In this document: positions 1-7,270 of the stretch, one piece after another
How the letters are laid out: each line of letters opens with the position of its first letter
Position numbering within the stretch: position 1 is the first letter of the stretch
Origin: a virus
Taxonomy: Duplodnaviria; Heunggongvirae; Uroviricota; Caudoviricetes
DNA length: 19,033 bases
Virus record (IMG/VR): IMGVR_UViG_2681813004_000005
Span: 1 to 19,033 of that record
Strand: one strand, 5' to 3'
Position numbers and translations under genes: made by a program
The notes under the pieces: generated by a model
What the model was told of the DNA's origin: nothing
What the model saw: only the letters and a program-made list of their open reading frames with translations
The model's database searches: none

Positions 1-30
1 TTATTTATTTTTTCAGGTTTTGTAAATTAT

Positions 31-60
31 TTGTTCGTGGTTGTTCCAGGTTGTTCGGTG
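31..60. repeat. Three tandem 10-bp units TTGTTCnnnn (ttgttcgtgg / ttgttccagg / ttgttcggtg); function unknown, possible regulator binding array upstream of the unit-1 capsid operon
   Basis: Read directly: TTGTTC at 31, 41 and 51, exact 10-bp phasing. Confidence 0.8.
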
Positions 61-73
61 ATTCTGGCTGATG

Positions 74-101
74 TTTACATACTGATTTTTATGTATATGT
101 T
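74..101 (+). promoter_or_regulatory. Putative sigma70-like promoter (TTTACA, 16-bp spacer, TATGTT) upstream of the unit-1 capsid gene
   Basis: TTTACA at 74-79 and TATGTT at 96-101 in an AT-rich stretch about 150 bp upstream of the capsid start. Hexamer match only. Confidence 0.25.
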
Positions 102-132
102 GGCGTGTGGCACTCAGACGTGAGCCGCCACA

Positions 133-182
133 ATGCCGCCTGACCCCCTGCGCGATGCCGGGTTGATCTGCGAGATGCCGGG
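133..182. repeat. Three copies of ATGCCG(C/G) at about 21-bp spacing (two copies extend to GATGCCGGG); function unknown
   Basis: Read directly: aATGCCGcc at 133, gATGCCGgg at 155 and 175. Confidence 0.7.
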
Positions 183-250
183 AGTGTCGGGCGGCGCTCC
201 CTCCGTGTTGGTTTCACGTCCTGAATCTTAACCAATACGAGAAAACCTTC

Positions 251-1396
251 ATGAAGAAATTAATCGAACTCCGCCAGCAAAAAACCGCCCTGAAAAACCA
301 GATGCGATCCCTGCTGGAAAAAGCCGACAGTGAAAACCGCAGCCTGAACGATGACGAAGGCAAACAGTTTGATGAACTGCGTGCAAAAGCCGATTCCCTC
401 GACACAGAAATCTCCCGTCTTGAAGCTGTTGCGGATGAAGAACGTAACCAGCCAGGTGTTTCCGTCGAAGAGAAAATCACCAAAGACGAACTACGCTCTT
501 ACATTCTGACCGGGGAAACCCGCAACCTGTCCGGCAGTGTCCCGGCTGATGGTGGTTATACGGTTATCCCGGAACTGAACAGAGAAGTTATGCGTCAGCT
601 TTCTGATGAATCGGTGATGCGTAAAATCTGTACTGTTAAAACCATTCACAGCAATGAATTTAAGCAACTGGTTTCTGCCGGGGGCGCGGTCGTTGAACAC
701 GGTGAAGAAGGTGCAGCACGTAACCAGACGGCAACACCAAAACTGAATGAAGTCAGTATCCGCCTGTATCCGATCTACGCTTACCCGAAAACCACTCAGG
801 AAATTATCGATTTTTCCGAAGTCGATATTATGGGCTGGTTATCTTCTGAAATTGGCGACACTTTCGTTGATACCGAAGAAACGGATCTGGTTTCCGGTGA
901 TGGCGAGAAAAAAGCTAAAGGTTTCCTGGCTTTTCCGCGCACTGCGGATAACGACAAAACCCGTCCTTTCGGTACGCTCCAGACGAAAAAAGTTACTGGC
1001 AGTCTCAGCGCCGACATGCTGATTGACCTGAAATTTACGCTGCGCAATAAGTACCGCAAAAAAGCTGTATGGGTGATGAACTCAAATACAGCCGCCTCCG
1101 CACAAAAACTGAAAAATGCCACTGGTGATTACATCTGGCGCGATCGTTTACAGGCTGGTGATCCTGATTCTCTGCTGGGGCTTCCGGTTGAATATCTGGA
1201 ATTTATGCCGGACGGTGTGATTGCAGTAGGTGACTTTAAGCGCGGTTATTTCATCGTTGACCATGAAACCGGTACGCGTACCCGTCCGGATTTCAGCGAA
1301 CCCGGATTCATTAACATCTATACCCAGAAATATCTGGGCGGTGGTGTGGTGGATTCGAACGCCATCAAGATTCTGGAAATTCAGGCTGGCAAGTAA
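251..1396 (+). CDS. Major capsid protein, HK97 fold, with N-terminal coiled-coil delta (scaffold) domain
   Basis: 381 aa ORF. N-terminal roughly 100 aa is charged and coiled-coil-like. C-terminal half aligns with the second capsid ORF at 10393-11598 (shared KGFLA, FKRGY.IVD, VDS.AIK.L motifs). Immediately followed by a terminator hairpin. Confidence 0.85.
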   Translation: MKKLIELRQQKTALKNQMRSLLEKADSENRSLNDDEGKQFDELRAKADSLDTEISRLEAVADEERNQPGVSVEEKITKDELRSYILTGETRNLSGSVPADGGYTVIPELNREVMRQLSDESVMRKICTVKTIHSNEFKQLVSAGGAVVEHGEEGAARNQTATPKLNEVSIRLYPIYAYPKTTQEIIDFSEVDIMGWLSSEIGDTFVDTEETDLVSGDGEKKAKGFLAFPRTADNDKTRPFGTLQTKKVTGSLSADMLIDLKFTLRNKYRKKAVWVMNSNTAASAQKLKNATGDYIWRDRLQAGDPDSLLGLPVEYLEFMPDGVIAVGDFKRGYFIVDHETGTRTRPDFSEPGFINIYTQKYLGGGVVDSNAIKILEIQAGK

Positions 1397-1401
1397 TGAG
1401 C

Positions 1402-1426
1402 AAAGGGGGCTTCGGCCTCCTTTTTC
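1402..1426 (+). terminator. Rho-independent terminator after the unit-1 capsid gene
   Basis: AAGGGGGC / TTCG tetraloop / GCCTCCTT stem (8 bp with one G-U pair) followed by TTTTT. Confidence 0.6.
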
Positions 1427-1445
1427 AGCTTTATGGAGTACACCG

Positions 1446-2006
1446 ATGAAAAATACCGATTTTGAAATCCGTACATCTGAACTGACCGCCAGCGATAAAA
1501 AACTGGTGGGTTATGCCGTTCGCTGGAACAGCCTTTCAGAAATTATCTGGGACGAATTCCGCGAACAGTTCACGCCGGGGGCTTTTGCTGACTATCTGGC
1601 GGCGGGTAATGATGTGCGCTGCCTGTATGAGCATGACTATACCCGACTGCTGGGGCGCACCAAATCCGGAACACTGGTACTGACTGAGGACAACACCGGG
1701 CTACGTTTTGAACTGACACCGCCTGATACCCAGCTTGGAAAAGATGTGCTTACGCTGGTGGAGCGTGGCGATATTACAGGAATGAGCTTTGGCTTTCGCG
1801 CATTATGCGAAGAATGGAATATCGCGCAAAAACCGTATCTGCGTACTGTTACCGCTGCAGAACTCAGGGAAATCACGATCACGTCGATGCCTGCTTATCC
1901 CGAATCTGGCGTGGAGATTGCCCACCGTTCGTTGTTTGCACAGCACCCTGAATTACGCCCGGCAGGAAATAATCGTCATCGCTGGGCTGAACTGGCGGGG
2001 TTGTGA
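1446..2006 (+). CDS. Prohead maturation protease, HK97 family
   Basis: First ATG of the 1230-2006 frame that has an RBS (GGAG about 10 nt upstream). Aligns with the protease ORF at 9728-10378. Position next to capsid and portal genes. Confidence 0.75.
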   Translation: MKNTDFEIRTSELTASDKKLVGYAVRWNSLSEIIWDEFREQFTPGAFADYLAAGNDVRCLYEHDYTRLLGRTKSGTLVLTEDNTGLRFELTPPDTQLGKDVLTLVERGDITGMSFGFRALCEEWNIAQKPYLRTVTAAELREITITSMPAYPESGVEIAHRSLFAQHPELRPAGNNRHRWAELAGL

Positions 2007-2007
2007 T

Positions 2008-3231
2008 ATGTGGTGGCCTTTTAGTCGTAAAAAAAGCGATCTGCGTAACCTGTCCATTGATGATTTTCTGGCGCTGTCCGGCGTACCGAATACCGGATCC
2101 GGAGAATATGTTTCTGCCGGGACGGCTGAATCATTGCCTGCTGTGATGAACGCGGTTTCTGTCATCGCTGAGGCGGTGGCCACGATGCCGTGTTATCTGT
2201 ATCTGGTACGTAATGACAAGGGCAGGGAGGCGCGGGAATGGCTGGACAGTCATCCGGTAGATATTCTGCTGAATGAGCAGCCTAATTCATGCCAGACACC
2301 TTACCAGTTTAAACGCACAATGATGCGTCACTGCCTGCTGAACGGTAACGCCTATGCGGTTATTGAGTGGGGGCAGGACGGGCAGCCAAAATCACTTCAT
2401 CCTTATGCGCCGGGGTGTGTTGTACCGGAACGCACAGGCGCACACAAATACCGATATACCATCACCGAACCCTATACAGGAACGGTGCGCACGTATTTAC
2501 AGGAAGAAGTTCTGCATCTCCGCTATGCCTCGGATGATGGCTTTCTGGGGCGTTCCCCCGTCACGATTTGCCGTGAGGCGCTGGGGCTTGGCCTTGCTCA
2601 ACAGCGTCACGGAGCCAGCATTATGAAAGATGGCATGATGGCGGCAGGGATTATCACGTCAGGCGAATGGCTGGACGGCGTGAAAGGTAAACAGGCATTA
2701 GACGCCCTGGAACGCTACAAGGGGGCGAAAAATGCCGGAAAAACGCCAATCCTTGAAGGGGGCATGGATTACAAGCAACTGGGGATGAGTAACCAGGATG
2801 CGGAATGGCTGGCCTCCCGTCGCTTCTCCATTGAAGACATCGCCCGGATGTTCAACGTGTCGCCTATTTTTCTGCAGGAATACAGCAACAGCACCTACAG
2901 CAATTTCAGTGAGGCAAGCCGCGCGTTTCTGACCATGACAATGCGTCCTTGGTTGGCGAACTTCGAACAGCAAATCAAGGCCGCTTTGCTGGTGGCTTCT
3001 CCCGTGCCTGGAACCCGTTATCTGGTTGAGTTTGATTCAGCCGATTTATTACGCGCCACCCCTACCGAACGTTACGCCACGTATGAGAAAGGGATTAAGA
3101 ACGGGATCATCAATCCGAACGAAGCCCGTGAGCGTGAGGGAATGCCGCCGCGTGAAGGTGGTGACGAGTTCAGCCAGGCATGGAAGCAGGAAGTGACAAT
3201 CAGCAAGAACAGTAAGGGCGGTGACGAATGA
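2008..3231 (+). CDS. Portal protein, HK97 family
   Basis: ATG at 2008, 2 nt after the protease stop. The track ORF from 1789 is an upstream artefact in the same frame. N-terminus MWWPFSRKKSD parallels MFFSGLFQRKSD of the second portal; shared C-terminal motifs (SIEDIARMFNV vs QLEEICRLFRV; NPNEAREREGMPPREGGDEF vs SPNDCRDLEDMNPRPGGDVY). Confidence 0.85.
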   Translation: MWWPFSRKKSDLRNLSIDDFLALSGVPNTGSGEYVSAGTAESLPAVMNAVSVIAEAVATMPCYLYLVRNDKGREAREWLDSHPVDILLNEQPNSCQTPYQFKRTMMRHCLLNGNAYAVIEWGQDGQPKSLHPYAPGCVVPERTGAHKYRYTITEPYTGTVRTYLQEEVLHLRYASDDGFLGRSPVTICREALGLGLAQQRHGASIMKDGMMAAGIITSGEWLDGVKGKQALDALERYKGAKNAGKTPILEGGMDYKQLGMSNQDAEWLASRRFSIEDIARMFNVSPIFLQEYSNSTYSNFSEASRAFLTMTMRPWLANFEQQIKAALLVASPVPGTRYLVEFDSADLLRATPTERYATYEKGIKNGIINPNEAREREGMPPREGGDEFSQAWKQEVTISKNSKGGDE

Positions 3232-3566
3232 TAGCCGGAAAGATGCGGGACCGGGTGACGATTATGACATTTACCACACAGCGCCTGCCGTCAGGTGCGA
3301 TCCAGCAGATATGGACGGAAGGGGAAACCCTCTGGGCAGAGGTCAAGGGGATCAGCGGACGGGAATTACTGACCGCAGGCGCAGAAACCGCACCTGCAAC
3401 GATTCGGGTATGGGTTCGCTATCGTGGCGACATATCCGCCGCCAGTCGCCTGAAAGTGCTTACCGGCGCTTTTGCCGGGAGCACGCTTAATATCATCGGG
3501 ATCCCCTTACCTGATGCGAAAAGAACCCGGCTGGAAATTCTGGCAAAGGTGGGTACAGAAAAATGA
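3228..3566 (+). CDS. Head-tail adaptor / head closure protein
   Basis: 112 aa. ATG overlaps the portal stop (ATGA). About 66 of 112 residues identical in an ungapped hand alignment to the ORF at 12163-12501, including the block WAEVKGISGRE and LKVLTGAF. Confidence 0.8.
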   Translation: MIAGKMRDRVTIMTFTTQRLPSGAIQQIWTEGETLWAEVKGISGRELLTAGAETAPATIRVWVRYRGDISAASRLKVLTGAFAGSTLNIIGIPLPDAKRTRLEILAKVGTEK

Positions 3567-3859
3567 CAGCAGAAAAAATAACCCTGGAAGAGGCCAAACT
3601 TCACTGCCGCATAGATGGTAACACAGAAGACACACTGATTCAGGCATACATAAGCGCGGCGCTGGAGGTATGCCAGAAGCATATTGGCAGGCGTTTTGAT
3701 GACGGCCTGGAATTTACCCCTGCAATAAAAATTGGTTGCCTGATGTACATCTCGCAACTGTACGAGTACCGGACAACGCTTGGCGATACCGATACAAAAG
3801 AAATTCCCCTGACGATTTCTGCGCTCTGGTCGGTTTATCGTGATGTGGGGGTGTACTGA
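3563..3859 (+). CDS. Head-tail connector, gp6-like
   Basis: 98 aa. ATGA overlap with the upstream gene. N-terminal TLEEAKLHCRID matches TLEELRVQCRID of the ORF at 11849-12154; weaker similarity further on. Confidence 0.7.
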   Translation: MTAEKITLEEAKLHCRIDGNTEDTLIQAYISAALEVCQKHIGRRFDDGLEFTPAIKIGCLMYISQLYEYRTTLGDTDTKEIPLTISALWSVYRDVGVY

Positions 3860-4299
3860 TGCCGTGGCAACCATTAAGGCGATGCACTGAGCCGGGCTGT
3901 AATAAGCGCGTGAAGTCCGGCAAGTGTGAAGAGCACAGGCGGGCTGCATGGCGTGCAGAGGATGCCAGACGGGGACACCGCCGCGCGCGCGGGTATTCCC
4001 GACAGTGGGACAAATACCGCGCCCTGTACCTGAGCAAAAACCCGTTATGCGTGCGTTGTCTGGCTAAGGGGATTTATACGCCAGCTCTTGTGGTGGATCA
4101 CATCATTCCCATCAATGGCGGCGGTGATGTTCTCTTCTGGCCTGAGTGGAACCACCAGGCATTGTGCCAGACGTGCCACAACCGTAAGACGACACGGGAA
4201 GACCCAGCCACGAAAGCGAACCGTAAGGCGGGTATGTATCGCGAGCAGGAAGAACGGGCGGCACACCGTAACGACTGGATGTATGGCGATGATGACTGA
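3859..4299 (+). CDS. HNH endonuclease, phage packaging-associated (HK97 gp74-like)
   Basis: 146 aa with Cys-rich N-terminus and HNH motif (DHIIP ... N ... CHNRKT). Sits immediately upstream of terS, as in HK97-type cos phages. Start overlaps the previous stop (TGATG). Confidence 0.8.
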   Translation: MPWQPLRRCTEPGCNKRVKSGKCEEHRRAAWRAEDARRGHRRARGYSRQWDKYRALYLSKNPLCVRCLAKGIYTPALVVDHIIPINGGGDVLFWPEWNHQALCQTCHNRKTTREDPATKANRKAGMYREQEERAAHRNDWMYGDDD

Positions 4300-4468
4300 A
4301 CAGGAGCAAAACAGGCTGATACGTGGACTGATAAGGCAGCGTGACTTATGGAAGACACAGGAGACAGGGCACAAAGCCAACAGGACAGGGCGCACAGAAC
4401 GCACCACAGCGAAGCGATTAACCGACCGTGACCGCGAGGTCATGGAATGTTTTCGCAATCGCTGGTGA
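4283..4468 (+). CDS. Hypothetical small Arg-rich protein (about 60 aa)
   Basis: 3' portion of the 4088-4468 frame beginning at ATG 4283 (or 4289/4292), overlapping the HNH stop. No recognisable motif. The 5' part of that frame overlaps HNH and is discounted. Confidence 0.3.
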   Translation: MAMMTEQEQNRLIRGLIRQRDLWKTQETGHKANRTGRTERTTAKRLTDRDREVMECFRNRW

Positions 4469-4587
4469 GGCCGTCAGAGGGGGTGGGGGAGGTTTTCAGG
4501 ACAAAACCGTCCCTGCCGGACACCGACCGCCTCCTCAAATTTTTGTGCACGGAAATTTTTTTGAAAATAATTGGGCGAAAAAAGAAC

Positions 4588-4944
4588 ATGGCAAGACCAC
4601 CAAAAGCCCCCGCTTACCTGGATGAAATCGCGGTCAGGCAGTGGAAGGAAAAATCGCGCCAGCTTTCCGGGCGGGAAGACCTTACCCCCGCCGACTGGAG
4701 CAATCTGGAGCTGTATTGCGTTAACTACTCCATATACCGCAAAGCCGTCGAAGACCTTGCCACGCGCGGGTTCAGCATTGTTAACAGTCAGGGCAGCGAG
4801 AGCAGAAACCCCGCCCTGAGCGCAAAGGCTGACGCTGAAAGAATAATGATCAAAATGGCTTCTTTGCTGGGTTTTGACCCGGTAAGCCGCCGCAGAAATC
4901 CACCGGAAACAGAGGAAGAGGACGAGCTTGACCGCCTGGCATGA
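4588..4944 (+). CDS. terS: Terminase small subunit, P27 family
   Basis: Internal ATG at 4588 gives N-terminus MARPPKAPAYLDE, typical of P27-family TerS. Sits between HNH and terL. The track ORF from 4447 is an upstream extension. Confidence 0.75.
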   Translation: MARPPKAPAYLDEIAVRQWKEKSRQLSGREDLTPADWSNLELYCVNYSIYRKAVEDLATRGFSIVNSQGSESRNPALSAKADAERIMIKMASLLGFDPVSRRRNPPETEEEDELDRLA

Positions 4945-6607
4945 GTACGCAGAAGGCGTAAAAAACGGCAAAATTACGGCCTGTAAACGACTGAAACAGG
5001 CCGTTAAACGGTATTTTTCTGACCTTGAAAACCCCCTTTACACGTTCGATCCGGAGGTCGTGGAGCGGTTTATTGCCTTTTCCAGGGTGTGTCCGCACGT
5101 AAAAGGCGCAATGCGCGGTAGCCCCATTGAGCTGGAGCCGTGGCAGCAGTTCGCCTTTGCGTGCATCCTGGGCTTTAAGGTTAAGGCCACCGGACGGCGC
5201 AAATACACCAGCGCATTCATTGAAGTGCCGCGAAAAAATGCCAAATCCACGGTCGCCGCTATCCTGGCTAACTGGTTTCTGGTTATGGAAAACGGGCAGC
5301 AGGATATTTACACCGCCGCCGTGAGTCGTGATCAGGCGCGGATCGTGTTTGATGATGCGCGTCAGATGTGCCTTTTATCCCGACCGTTACGAAAGCGGGT
5401 AAATATTCAGGCACACAAGGTGATACACCCGAAAACCAACAGCCTGTTAAAGCCACTGGCAGCAAAAGCGGCAACCATTGAGGGGACAAACCCGAGTCTT
5501 GCCATTGTGGATGAATATCACCTGCACCCAGACAACGGGGTTTATTCCGCGCTTGAACTGGGAATGGGGGCGCGTCCGGAGGGGTTATTATTTGCCATCA
5601 CCACATCGGGGAGCAACGTTGTTTCAGCCTGTAAACAACACTACGACTATTGCTGCCAGATACTGGATGGTGAAGAGGTGAACGAATCCATGTTCGTGCT
5701 GATTTACGAGCTGGATGATGAAAGCGAGGTTGACGATCCGGCGATGTGGATAAAGGCGAATCCAAATATCGATGTTTCCGTCGATCGTGAAAAACTGGCC
5801 TCAACCATCCAGAAAGCGCGGGGTATTCCGTCGCAGTGGGTGGAGATGATGACAAAGCGCTTTAATATCTGGTGTCAGGGGGCTACGCCGTGGATGGGTA
5901 ACGGTGCATGGGCTGAGTGTGCCGGAACGTTCGCGGAGGCGGATTTATACGGGCAGGAGTGCTACGCGGGGCTGGACTTATCATCAACCAGCGATATTTT
6001 TTCAACAAATGATATTTCAAGCGTGTGTTATGCCTTTCCGGTTGGTAAAACCATCATGCTGGTTTCCCGTCATTATCTGCCGGAGCAGCAGCTACAGAAT
6101 CCCGCCAATAAAAACCGCGCCATCTATCGCCAGTGGGCAAAATCGGGCTGGATACGCACAACGCCAGGCGACTGTATTGATTACGACCGTATCAGGGATG
6201 ACATCATGAAGGACGCGGAAAATTTTAATATCCGGCTGGTGGGCTTCGATACATGGAACGCCACGCACCTGATGACGCAGCTACAGGGCGCAGGATTTGA
6301 GGTGGAGCCGTTCCCGCAAACATACCTTCGTTTCAGTCCGGCGGCGAAATCGTTCGAAGTTTTTGTTAACCGGAAGGTGATTGTGCATCGTGGCGATCCG
6401 GTGCTGGCCTGGTCAATGAGTAATGTTGTGATGCAGAGTGACGCGAACGCCAATATCAAGCCGAACAAGAAAAAATCATCCAACAAGATAGACCCGAGCG
6501 TTGCGGCTCTGATGGCGTTTGGCACATTCCAGGCAGAGCATGAGGAATTTGCATTTGATATGAGCGACAGCCACAAAGAGCGACTTGCGGCGTTTGATGG
6601 GGTATGA
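4928..6607 (+). CDS. terL: Terminase large subunit (ATPase plus nuclease)
   Basis: 559 aa. The only in-frame start after the upstream stop is TTG at 4928, with a GAGGAAGAGG purine tract before it; overlaps the terS end. C-terminal half aligns with the terL remnant at 7572-8315. Confidence 0.85.
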   Translation: MTAWHEYAEGVKNGKITACKRLKQAVKRYFSDLENPLYTFDPEVVERFIAFSRVCPHVKGAMRGSPIELEPWQQFAFACILGFKVKATGRRKYTSAFIEVPRKNAKSTVAAILANWFLVMENGQQDIYTAAVSRDQARIVFDDARQMCLLSRPLRKRVNIQAHKVIHPKTNSLLKPLAAKAATIEGTNPSLAIVDEYHLHPDNGVYSALELGMGARPEGLLFAITTSGSNVVSACKQHYDYCCQILDGEEVNESMFVLIYELDDESEVDDPAMWIKANPNIDVSVDREKLASTIQKARGIPSQWVEMMTKRFNIWCQGATPWMGNGAWAECAGTFAEADLYGQECYAGLDLSSTSDIFSTNDISSVCYAFPVGKTIMLVSRHYLPEQQLQNPANKNRAIYRQWAKSGWIRTTPGDCIDYDRIRDDIMKDAENFNIRLVGFDTWNATHLMTQLQGAGFEVEPFPQTYLRFSPAAKSFEVFVNRKVIVHRGDPVLAWSMSNVVMQSDANANIKPNKKKSSNKIDPSVAALMAFGTFQAEHEEFAFDMSDSHKERLAAFDGV

Positions 6608-6888
6608 CGAGAATGAGCGAAACCGAACTACTAAAAATAATCCGCCGCGTTACCGGAATCAGCCAGGAAGCAGGCAAACAGGAGGCCACGCAGCCGGACA
6701 GCGTGATAGCCGAAAATTACGCGCGTGTGGTGGCTGAGGTGATGCGCCGTGACGGTATCGAGCTTAACGGCGTGGATATACGCACCAGAGTTCTGGAGTT
6801 GTTGTCATATCGTCGCCGCGTGGAGATGTACCAGGAGAAAGAAAAAATTACTTACCACTGGAAGAAGCCGGAGCGGTTACGACGTTAA
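6604..6888 (+). CDS. Hypothetical protein (94 aa), last gene of unit 1
   Basis: ATGA overlap with the terL stop suggests translational coupling. No motif recognised. Confidence 0.45.
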   Translation: MTRMSETELLKIIRRVTGISQEAGKQEATQPDSVIAENYARVVAEVMRRDGIELNGVDIRTRVLELLSYRRRVEMYQEKEKITYHWKKPERLRR

Positions 6889-6890
6889 CT

Positions 6891-6940
6891 TGTGGTGACA
6901 TACCGTGACGGAGAGTGACAACCAGTGACACACAGTGACA
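6891..6940. repeat. Five GTGAC(A/G) hexamers at exact 10-bp phasing; candidate protein-binding array (integrase arm-type, terminase or regulator sites)
   Basis: Read directly: GTGACA 6895, GTGACG 6905, GTGACA 6915, 6925, 6935, each preceded by a variable 4-mer. Starts 3 nt after the stop of the 6604-6888 ORF. Confidence 0.85.
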
Positions 6941-7001
6941 AAAAGACGGTATTTAAATAGAGTGGGTGTTTAATACCCCCCGTTTTTTTTCGTGTGGTGC
7001 A

Positions 7002-7016
7002 TGGTCAAAATGACCA
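7002..7016. promoter_or_regulatory. Perfect palindrome TGGTCA-AAA-TGACCA, operator-like
   Basis: Read directly; 6-bp arms, 3-bp spacer, preceded by a T8 run at 6983-6990. Confidence 0.5.
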
Positions 7017-7142
7017 CGGAGAAGATACGCACCGAAGCAGAACAATTACCGTAGGTTAAAGCGACAGTATTCACACCAGCAACCTGATTATCAATTTTCA
7101 GCCGTTCGGTGGCATCACTGGCCCCATTTTCCTGATGGGGTT

Positions 7143-7193
7143 GCGGGTTATTTTGGGGGTATTTGCGGGTTATTTTGAATGTCTCGCGGGTTA
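7143..7193. repeat. Three direct copies of GCGGGTTA at 21-22 bp spacing
   Basis: Copies at 7143, 7165, 7186; the first two sit in a longer unit TTTGCGGGTTATTTT. Confidence 0.85.
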
Positions 7194-7270
7194 CGCTTTG
7201 GCTAATATTCAAACGCATCATTTTTTAACGCATTGATATTAAAGAATAAAAAATACTTAGCAAGCGAAGA

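Noticed and set aside
1789-2007. N-terminal extension of the unit-1 portal ORF given by the track
   Set aside because: It overlaps the 3' end of the protease gene. The portal homology starts at ATG 2008 (MWWPFSRKKSD parallels the prophage portal N-terminus), 2 nt after the protease stop.
4088-4282. 5' part of the 126-aa ORF overlapping the HNH gene in another frame
   Set aside because: It is embedded in the HNH coding sequence. Only the 3' portion after the HNH stop is retained as a low-confidence small gene.
7180-7230. Similarity of CTCGCGGGTT...CT...ATT..AAA to the DNA just inside the lambda left cohesive end
   Set aside because: The 12-nt lambda cohesive-end sequence itself is absent, and the match is explained by the local GCGGGTTA repeat. 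It is not used as evidence for a lambda-type cos site.
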